Source: Trichoplax adhaerens
Taxonomy: Eukaryota > Animalia > Placozoa
Direction of reading: 5' to 3'
Length of the DNA stretch: 64,000 nucleotides
Assembly: GCF_000150275.1 (NCBI RefSeq)
Contig: NW_002060945.1
Span: forward strand, 3,890,059 to 3,954,058
Part shown: positions 54,178 through 64,000 of the stretch, in pieces
How positions within the stretch are numbered: position 1 is the stretch's first letter
How the letters are laid out: each line of letters begins with the position of its first letter
Translations under genes and position numbers: made by a program
The notes under the pieces: model-generated
Databases searched by the model: none
Told to the model about the DNA's origin: nothing
The model's input: the letters and a program-made list of their open reading frames with translations, nothing else

Positions 54178-55196
54178 TTAGTCAATCAGAACATTATCGA
54201 AAACTGAATACAAGAGACAGAGTGAAGCTTATCCCATCGCAAATATTGAAAAATTCATAAAGTTAGCTCTATTACTGTATATCTACCGCGATAAGTGCAG
54301 CTTGTATCTATGCTACTAGATTCTAAATGATGTGCGGTAACTGATAGGATAAATTAAATTTAAGATTCGTCATTTAAATAATTTTATATCCTGTTGTAAT
54401 TAGGCCAAAAGTCCCCGTACATATAATAACATATGTAATATGATTCACGGACTGTTGTTTACTAGCTTGGCATTTTAATACTCCCTGTTCGCGAAATCAT
54501 TGTTTCGATCAATTAAATATTGGCTGCAATGATTCAATTTCGAATTAAACTACTTTCAAGATCATCCATACATGTACAGTACAGTTTAGTAGATTACTAG
54601 TCTATAGTTTATCCACCAATCTTATAGTTATACTTAAACACGTACGCGAAGTATCGCCAGTAGTCGGGTGGAGGGGAGAGAGATCCGATTTGTTTAACTA
54701 ATTCAAGATTTATTCGTGTCTACTATACCATTAGTGAATTATCATAATTTCATCTGTGTACTTATATCCCATTTTTCTTATTACGGGTATTTGTTAATTC
54801 TAATGATATATCTAGTTCCATCACACAGTACAATCATTTTGATGCCTAATTTATCAATCTTTTAGAATTAAATTAGTAACTCTATTTTTCGACACCATGA
54901 AAAGAGTAGGTTAGACTCAGTCACTTAGTTAACAGCATGATACTAAGTATTTACTGTAGTACAACATAAAATGTAATTTAATTTTTGATTACTTGTAATA
55001 ATTATCGCAGAAATACTTATCGCTGTATTTCTTACGTTAGTCTCATAGAAATGATAATGGCACCTATTTTAAAAATAATCAACCCTTCACGAATATTGAC
55101 CGAAATCACAGATGTAAGATTCAAAATTAGGAAGATCGCGAAAGATAAAGTCCAAAAAATCTACCTTATATAGCTCACCGAATGATATAGATTAAA

Positions 55197-58100
55197 ATGG
55201 AGATAAAACATTACCTTCTTTTTAGCATGGTGCTGGTAAGTCGTTCACAGATTATTTTATCAAAACGACTTTACAGTAATTATTTAAAAATAATATTGAT
55301 CATTGTTATTTTCACTGATTCTCACCTAAAAATAAGATTGAATATTACCATACATAATAAGGAGAAAATGATTTATCTTGAAAACAGATGCCAAAAATTT
55401 TATCCTTTCGTAAAAGCGTAATTTGCGATAAGCGTTAGGCCGTCCAATTTCTTGATTCTAATAGATGTCTAAAAATAACATGAAAGATACTGTACATGCT
55501 GTAATCTAAAGCAACTAGTGCATACCTACACGCGTAAGAGTGATGACGCCATTAAGCCAGTATCAGATTAATATCTTGAAATTTATGGTAATCTTTTAAC
55601 AGGAACTGTCACGTCATTTTACAAAATATCACTTAAATATTTTACCGCATTAAGTACAATGTAAAATTCTTATGCAATGTTAACGTAAGACTAAGCATAA
55701 AATAAGTATGAATAGCAACTTACACGCAATACGGTAGCTATCTTACTAAAACTATAAACTACTTTTAAACTAGAGTCAAATCAGATAGATAATTTTAATG
55801 TATGTCGTACAGAAAATGGCGAACTTATAAGTAGCGAAGTTGTTACCTATCAGCTGATTTTTAACTAACTAAAAGAATTACAAGTGAGTAGACAATCACA
55901 AGATTTCATTGCAAAAATTTTTCACGCTTCCATTTATAGAAATGTGTCGCGCTAATTTAACGAACAATTTTAATTGCAAAGATGCAAATGTTCAACATCA
56001 AATTGCAGTATTTTTTCGGAGTCAATTAAATGAATAAAATTTCTAAGACCTGTTTCTAATTATTAACACTCTTAATTTTAATTTAGATCATAACATTCGA
56101 ATCACAACTAGCCCCACTAGGTAAAAGTACTTAGTTTATACATGAATGGCATCAAATTATACTAAAACATAGTTGATTCTATTTAGAAGTTTTTAATCTG
56201 GTTGTTAAAATGTTATAAATAGACATATAGCCTTTTTCTAACTATTGATATGCAATATACTAGTACTGTATAAGTACAGTATATTTAAACGTAGCTGTAT
56301 AGACAATCGGCCCATTTGCAAAAAGTACTTCATGAAAGAAGTCTTTATTGTAATTATTACCATCGAAAGATTATTTTAAAGTACAGTCTATTTTTAAGGG
56401 CCGTCATTTTACGTAGTTTTTATCTTTCATAGTTTTGGCGTCAAGTAATAATACTTGCAATTCCAACCCTTACTCAAGTAACGCAACATGTATTGGAAAC
56501 AGTTATCATTTCCTATGTCAATGCCCGCTAGGACACGATGGTGATTTCTGTGAATTTTGTAAGTGTTCATATTGCACGAAAATAATTAGTGCAGCATTTT
56601 TGCTGTGTCTTTTACAATCTGCAGAGGCTCGCTATCTGGCCGTTCTGCTACAGGTACTCCAGCTGCGGTTCCTTGCTCGTTAACACTAACTACTGACACT
56701 CGACAGCAATCAAATCTAGAAAGATTCTTCATTTGTACTTTAGATTTGTCAACCGAAAACTAACAATGCGCATTTCCTAGAGGCGATCGATCTTAAAAAT
56801 ACTCGAGTAGACACTTGATATTAGCGGTACAGTGCGGCCATACTATACAGATACGCGCAATAAATGAGAGTATAGTATGGCCAAATATACTGTACAGTAC
56901 AGTAGTTGGTTAAGTTTAAGGCTAATATAATGAGAGAATTTTGCGCTTAAAAAGTAAAATGCATTCAACAATATTCGGTAATGTTAATCCTAACACCGAC
57001 TGGCTAAAGCGGCGACTTCTAAGAGAAATTCTCCAATAAGAAGTCCCTTTATGAGATCAAAACCGCATCGTAGCAACTAAGCAGTCTCATAACATAATAC
57101 CAATGCTGCACCTTAGAACTGATAGTTAGAAGAGAAGACTTTCCTCTTCCAACTCCATGACTAACACCCAGCTGAGGGTCCATTTTTACAAAATAGATCA
57201 CTAAAATATTTCATGGGCGCGGCAAATTCCCTTTAATTAGATCTTTAAGTTTACCTGGGAATTACTTTAAATTTGGCTAAAATTTTACGTAAGCAGATCC
57301 TTACAATCTTGAGCAAAGGCACTTGATGTTTTCTTTAATCTATTATTACAGTACAATCCTAATTTAAAATAATAATAATAATAATAGGACTATCCTGTCC
57401 TATCAAACCACATTAATGCGATTGTACGTGTGTCGTACTGTTAGTATCTCTGTTACTATGTACAGTACTGTATGTTTTATTTTACATTATTTGTAAACAG
57501 TACTGCACTTAGAGAGAGCGCTGTTTTTTCGGCACATATTCGGCCGTATACCTCTATGGCCTCGATAAAGTGGACAGACAGAATCTTGACGAATTGCATG
57601 CGACTATAGCACAATATAGCTGTCGAGTTAGTGAGAAATTTGTAATACAGTAATGTGAAACGGCTCATCTTATTTGTATGTGTGAGTATGTATAGTAATA
57701 ACTTCGGTCAAAGACTGTATATCCTACAGAAACTGCCAACCTACTGTAGTAACAAGCATGGAAGTATTCAAGCAACCATACATTCGAGTTCAACCAATAT
57801 TCATAATCCTCCACATCTATTTCACATGCAACATATACTGTATATACGAGTATACAGTATATAGACTCGTACACTCAAATACGATATAACAGTTGAAATC
57901 TTAAGCTTCCGGCGTTCCTACACCTAAGCTCGAAATTAAATGTACATTTTTGTAGTTTTATACTGGACATGTCATTGATACCTACGATAGCGGCCATACA
58001 GGATTTGCAAATGATCTGAAATGAGAGCTTTTATTACCATTATAGAAATCAACAGGTCATTGCTTGTACGTTTAGTCAATGGGCAGCATAATAGCGGTAA

Positions 58101-60295
58101 TGTTCAAGTTCTCTTAAGTAACCAATGGATAGCAGTTTGCTACTGAAACTTCGGTTGGCAGGAAGCGATAGTTTTATGCAGATAGCTTGATTATACCAAT
58201 GTATCCCGTCAGCGTTTTTTGCAGTCATAGTAGCAGTCCTTCTAATACAAGCAACTACTTGATCAATTTAAGGTGCAGTAGTAACGAAATATCCTTGCAG
58301 CAAAGCAGATACAATATAAGTAATCACCAAAGTTGCCCTTCTCAAAATATTGCATCGGTCGAATGCGCAGGTAATGGCGAAAGACGAAACTTTTAGATAT
58401 GATAGCGAAACTGGCTTACTTCTATCGACTTAACTAGTGCTTTATTATATTATTAATAAACTGTAATGGCTATTTTTTAGCATATATGTAATCTTATCAG
58501 TAAAACACTTTAATTATAAGGAATAAAAGCTGATTAACTGTTACGATCTTTCTTTTTGTAAGATTTTCTTGTAACACGATTATAAGAGTCCACTAGAGCC
58601 TGAGTACTGAACTGAAATTTATTATAGATATTAGTACCGTCATAAGTAGGAAACAACAGTAATAACCTTCTATAACAGCATACCATGAATAGCAACAAGC
58701 GCCTTATCACATCAATCAATGAGATGACTAAGCTTATGACGAGTAACGTAAGACAAGAATGTATTGCGCTAACAGTGTTATCTAAGCCCTAATCTTAAAA
58801 AATTGTAACTCCAAAATGAAAACATGAGAATAACTTAACAATAATTTTCAATACGATAATTTTACGTAAACGTTTCCCCATATAATAATAATAATAATAA
58901 TAATAACTATTATTTTCTAATGAAATAGCTTTGAATTATGCCTAAACTGTTAGTAACTACTAAGTTATTGAATAACAAAACGCAATACTGTAACGGTTGA
59001 CACAAAAGTAATGATTTTGATAATGACAACTAGATCATAAGCTATAGTTAATCCGATTAACTTCGTTTAACTCTTTAACCATTTACTGTTTGCATTTTTT
59101 CTACCAAACACGCTAATTAACTGGCCAGCTGTTGAAAATTCAGGTAACATTTCATAATTTCTAAACTAATCCAATTATCATAATCTATAATCATACTGAT
59201 AACTGCTTCTACTTGTTTGACTTACTGTAAATTTACAAGACTATCGATTATTTTCTTTTAATACACTGACTATATGTGGATACAGTATTTAAGATCTTCT
59301 GAAGTAATTTATCAATAACTAAATTACAAATAAATACTTTGAACTATACTCTTACAACATTTCCAGCCGGTATGGGTAGCTTAGGTTGTACTTTCGAGTC
59401 TGGATTTTGTAACTGGAAAAAGCCAATTGGAGCTACCGACGAGTGGAGAAGACATAGCGGCCCATCGCCAAGTCGCCTTGCTCTACCAAGCGTCGATCAT
59501 ACATACCAAAACGTATCAGGTTATACACGTACACGTAGTACGGTTAAAATTATAGACTCGTACATTAACATTAAATTAATCACTCTTAAGCTCTTCTCTG
59601 TAGTCAAGCCTTCTTAATTTTTGTTTAGATTCGTATAAACATTGAAATCATAATAATCTCATTTACAGTAACTTAAAGTGTAAACGCTTACAAAAATATC
59701 AGGGCAGAGAAATATATCTATATCTCCTGATCTTAACATTATACGGTAATTTTACTCATAAATCATTTACTATTTACGGACAATACTATAGTGACTATTT
59801 CTCTATCTATAGGCTATTACCTTTACGCGAAAACATCCATAAAGTCTGAAGGAAGTAGTATTATCGTTGAAAGCCCTGTATTCTATTCAGATAGTGCCTT
59901 TTGCCTGTCTTTTTGGTATAATGGGAATGGAAAACCAATTGGTCCTTTCATTGTTTACGATTATTTTAACGTAATATATAATATCTCCGGCAATAGTGAA
60001 AGCGTTTGGTATCCGGTTAAACTAGATATCTCTTCCGGTTTCAATAAGGTACAGTGAAATATTATACTTTCTTATTCACTATACATAAATTAGTAAAAGA
60101 AAACTTAGCATGTATTGTAATATTTTAAACTATTACACAATCAAGCTATGTTATTATAAATGTATTGAGTAAATTACCTTTAACTTTATCATTATTACTA
60201 CAAACCTTCTAGATCAAATTTGTGGGAGTCAAAGGTAAATATTCCAATGGCGATATTGCCCTTGACGACATCGCTGCGGTACCAGGACGTTGTAG
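55197..60295 (+). pseudogene. Signal peptide-EGF-SRCR-MAM exon set (55197-55235, ~56088-56120, ~56433-56558, ~58046-58370, ~59367-59519, ~59813-60048, ~60213-60295); SRCR exon disrupted
   Basis: MEIKHYLLFSMVL/IITFESQLAPL signal-like start. EGF missing Cys2 (CNSNPYS). SRCR VRLVNG...VQV...W.AVC with in-frame stops at 58144 and 58183 plus a frameshift. MAM CTFESGFCNW...PSVDHT...GYYLY...CLSFWY...GDIALDDI...PGRC. Confidence 0.75.
56837..56882. repeat. 13-bp inverted repeat GGCCATACTATAC...GTATAGTATGGCC
   Basis: Read directly, inside the EGF-SRCR intron. Confidence 0.7.
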
Positions 60296-60377
60296 TAAGC
60301 CAATGATAGTAACTGCTTTCATTAAAATCTAGACTATGTAACAAATTCTATATATATTGTAATTACTATACTTCCAG

Positions 60378-60725
60378 AATACGATAATACCTGATTAATC
60401 TTAATCACAGTATTCCACATTATTTCATACAAATAAGCTCTAGAACTGTGATGAAAACTTCGATGTATTGATAAAAGAAGATTTACTAGCTATCAGAGAT
60501 TTAACAAAAGACATTTTAACGATTAAATAGAATTTTGATTACATATTGCATATATCGCGTAAGATTCAATGTGCTTACTATAGATTGCGTGTAAGCTGAC
60601 CTGATGTAACACAAGTAAGCTGCCGATACCGGCAACAACCGTACTACACACAAAACACAATAATTGACTTGTATTTATAACAGTTTACTACGTCACTACA
60701 ACAGCATAGAAAATAGTTTGACGAT
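60378..60725 (+). repeat. Older diverged direct copy of ~61696-62305 (lacking the hairpin-array insertion)
   Basis: Shared ACGATAATACC, ATACAAATAAGCTCTA, TATTGATAAA.GAAGATTTA..AGCTATCAGA and CATTTTAACGATTAAATAGAAT. Confidence 0.7.
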
Positions 60726-61749
60726 GGAAAGTGCAATGGGTTTATATTTACGACTATGCGTATACGGCTCGTAGCCCTTACAGAGAGTAAGAAAAGAATA
60801 AACGTATTCCCTTACATGTGGTCATTTTCTTAAGTATCTGTATATCGTTACTGATCTACTCTAGGCCTAACACAGACCGTATACCTTTATACTACTTCTC
60901 ATAATAACATCTCAAATTGTATTGAAATAGTTATGAACAGCTCGTACAATAGCATACAGTTATATCGCATCGCAATATCGTATTACGTATATCACTAGGA
61001 ACAGAAGATCTATAACAGCATCTAAACTTACGTCAGTACCGTATGTACATATTCCACATAAATTGTAATTACATACTCCTATCTCTGTTGTATACAGCTA
61101 ATTATCCGGTTTATCTAAGGCAACTCGACTTTTTTGTATATCTATGTCCCTACATCACAACTTTAGCAGGGTAATTACAGTAAGTATTTAATAACTAAGA
61201 AAGTGATGCAAATTTGAGGAATTTTTATTTGTGTTCGTAGTTAAGATTTCAGTAAACTGCTATTCCTATTTCACATGTAAAATTATTTCTTCATTCCGCG
61301 TAAACCTAATTACAAACAAAGCAGCAAGTTAACTGTCTGCTATACGCTCATTCATTACTTTAGGTAATATACTTATGATTAATATTGACGTTAACGTATG
61401 CTATTCCTTACAAAGTGACCAAGTTCGAAATATAGCTTTTTTGTAATGTAGCCAAAACTCTTACTAAAATATATAAGAAGTCGTAGTATTATCGACGTCA
61501 TAGCTCATTTTGCATCATTGTAAATATATCATGTTGATCGATACTTAAAAGCCTACAAGCTTATTTATGATTCTTTTCTTACATACAGTTCTTCATACCC
61601 GTTTTGTATACTACAGAGTAATAGATTGTACCTTACTGCTTTCATGTGTATCAAGATTATGTAAATACACTACACATACTTTAGTTCCTTCGCTAACACG
61701 ATAATACCCGATTAAATCTTGATTACATTATTTTACATTATCGTATATA

Positions 61750-62007
61750 AGTGAAAGTGCGCAAATATTTCGGGTAATGCACGCTTTTACCAGAATAATA
61801 GGTGAAAGTGCGCATTATTTCATGTAATGCGCGCTTTGGCCATAATATTGGCGAAGGCGCGCTTTATCTGCAGAAAGCGCGCATTAACCAATATGTTGGA
61901 GAAAGTGCACATTTCCAGCTAAAGCGCGCATTTACCATGGTTATGGAGAATGCGCGCACCTTACGTCGAAGGCGCGCATTCGCCTAATGCTCACTTTTAC
62001 CGTAACA
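61750..62007. mobile_element. ~260-bp insertion of five ~48-bp hairpin units (GG.GAAAG.GCGCATT...AA.GCGCGC.TT.ACC) at a TATA site
   Basis: Absent at the homologous position of the inverted duplicate (~51525, GTATAC). Flanked by TATA(TA) on both sides; GC-rich against an AT-rich background. Confidence 0.8.
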
Positions 62008-63034
62008 TATATACAAATAAGCTCTAAAATTATGATAGAGCTTTCGATATATTGTATTGATAAAGAAGATTTAACAGCTATCAGATATTTAACACAAGGC
62101 ATTTTAACGATTAAATAGAATCTTTAGTATATACAGTACTGTATACATCGTATAAGACTAAATGTAGTTACTGTAGATTACATGTAGGCTGACCAGATTT
62201 AACACAAGTAAGCTACCAGTACTGACAAGTATATTAACTATAACAATTAACTTATAGTTATAATAATTTGTTACGCTACTACAAGAACATAGAATATAGT
62301 TTGACTACAGAAACAATTTCTTATTAAAGCGAGCTTATAAAGTCTTCATGTAATCGATCTTGTAAGAACGCTTGAAGTATCGTAGCTAAAATCATTATTA
62401 CCTTACTATTAATAGAAGTATACTGTAGTACTGTATTTATGATGCCTAAAACTAAGAATATGATATCTATGTGATAAATATTTAGGATTTATGTATAAAT
62501 TACCCGTAAGGAACGTCATATTAATATTCTACTTTTATCCATGGATAAATATAGCTATCTCCCTATACAGTGTACGCGTACTGTATATAGCGCTTAGCAG
62601 TCTGGATGACCTCATTAATTTAGTAAACTTTTGATAATTACTATGTTACCTAATACACATTCAACCACGAGTTGAATTAATATTCGATAAGTTCCTCATG
62701 CCTTAACAGCTACAGCTCGGTGTTTGTATTAGCAAAATCAATTATCTTATCTTACTTTCTTATTATAATATATTATTCTGCGGTCTCTCACATTGGCAGC
62801 AGTCGACTTTGTAAAGACTACATTATTTAATTATCTGCAATGTAATCGATAGTCTAGAAATTTCTATTCTTACATAAATAGCGCTTACCGTATCAAACTC
62901 TAGAATACTTCGTAAATTACAACTTTAGGAGGGTAATTACAGTAAATAATTCATAACTTACGGAGTATTGCAAATTTAAGAAATTTCTATTTGAGTACGT
63001 AGTTATGATCTCAATAAACTGCTATTCTGCATTA

Positions 63035-63084
63035 NNNNNNNNNNNNNNNNNNNNNNNNNNNNNNNNNNNNNNNNNNNNNNNNNN
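63035..63084. other. Assembly gap (50 N)
   Basis: Run of N. Confidence 1.
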
Positions 63085-63146
63085 AGATAGGAGTATGTAA
63101 TTACAATTTATGTGGAATATGTACATACGGTACTGATGTAAGTTTA

Positions 63147-63220
63147 TGTTACCGGCAATTTGCGAAATCCGGCATTTTGCAAAATGCCTGAAATTCTTTA
63201 GGTCTTTTGCAAAATGCCTA
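63147..63220 (+). mobile_element. Second terminal module of the GGCATTTTGCAAAATGCC element, followed by ATACATAAG (reverse complement of CTTATGTAT)
   Basis: TGTTACCGGCAATTTGCGAAATCCGGCATTTTGCAAAATGCC...TTTTGCAAAATGCCTA. Confidence 0.7.
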
Positions 63221-64000
63221 ATACATAAGCGCTGATTATTTTCAGATGTACAAGTTCCACGATTTTGACAATAATTTGCGCTACAGACAAGAGTATAGCC
63301 CGTAATTTCATATTATCACCTTGATACTCTACTTGATATGTAAAAAGTATAAGATTCTGCTGTGTTCGAACATATAGCGATCCATTTTTGGACATAATTG
63401 TTCACAAATTTGCGCCTATATAAACGGATCTGAAATATGTTCATGCATGAAAGGTTACGCGCTAACACAATATGAACCATGTGCGTTTGTACGGTTTGCA
63501 TCTTGACTACAGGTATTATTTTCTAAACATTCATTAATATCGTCACATGTCCAACCATCTGAACCAAATCGATAGCCGTTCATACAACTACATGTACAGC
63601 TACCATCGTTGTTTGTACATAGTTGATTACATGGACTAGGATTGAGGCTGCATTCATCGACATCTTCACATTCAGTCTGGCTTCCATATGTTAGCGCGTA
63701 ACCTTTCGTACATGAACATATTTCAGATCCATTTATATAGGTGCAAATTTGCGAACAATTATGTCCAAAATCACATGGATCGCTAACGCTACATGTTAGG
63801 TTGTTACTATTTAGTTCAAAACCTTGTTCACATTCACATGTAAACGATCCTTCTATATTAATACAAACTTGGTCACATGGTCTAAATCGTTGGCATTCAT
63901 TTATATCCACGCAAGTAAGTTTATCACTACCTAACTCGTAACCTTGAATACATGAACATGTATAGCTTCCGACGGTGTTATACAAATTGGCTACAATTTT
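63221..64000 (-). pseudogene. Rearranged cbEGF paralog: near-identical copy of 53540-54127, joined to a decayed C-terminal EGF pair and interrupted by the palindromic element
   Basis: 176-aa ORF nearly identical to the 53198 ORF. 63221-63374 reads ICSNTAESYT...CSANYCQNRGTCTSENNQRLC with frame disruption. Compare ICSNTAGSYT...CNVDYCQNGGTCMYKNNQLSC. Confidence 0.75.

Noticed and set aside
61750-62007. CRISPR-like regularly spaced palindromic repeats
   Set aside because: Eukaryotic intron-rich context, ~8-nt linkers rather than unique spacers, degenerate repeats and no cas genes.
1-64000. tRNA, rRNA, U12-type introns, autonomous transposase or reverse transcriptase ORFs
   Set aside because: None recognised by eye. 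tRNAscan-SE, Infernal and RepeatMasker would be needed to exclude them formally.

Overview
AT-rich, intron-dense animal genomic DNA. The compact 60-100 nt introns and ancestral intron positions suggest a placozoan (Trichoplax-like) genome; this is an inference. Left half, in order: a small stand-alone SH2-domain gene (-), ELP1/IKBKAP (+, ~36 coding exons), an NR2E (PNR/TLX-like) nuclear receptor (-) whose DNA-binding domain lacks its middle part, a ~9 kb gene-free region upstream of it, and VPS33B (-). Right half: a rearranged cluster of EGF-rich single-pass surface proteins containing four 50-N gaps. It holds one intact-looking EGF-SRCR-EGF-EGF-NIDO-AMOP-vWD-cbEGF(n)-SEA-EGF-TM gene, a cbEGF/SEA/TM exon present twice with a variable-copy 498-bp coding repeat, EGF-SRCR(stop codons)-MAM exons, broken paralog fragments and palindrome-built mobile elements. 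Highlights: (1) the ELP1 exon orthologous to human exon 20 is 74 nt and natively carries the GTAAGC (+6C) donor of the familial dysautonomia allele; (2) an NR2E receptor with an internally deleted or decayed DBD but an open LBD; (3) a foldback/Mutator-like element whose two ends, each next to the same 9-bp target sequence, split a paralog and lie 11 kb apart; (4) a hairpin-array insertion with its empty site visible in a duplicate copy.
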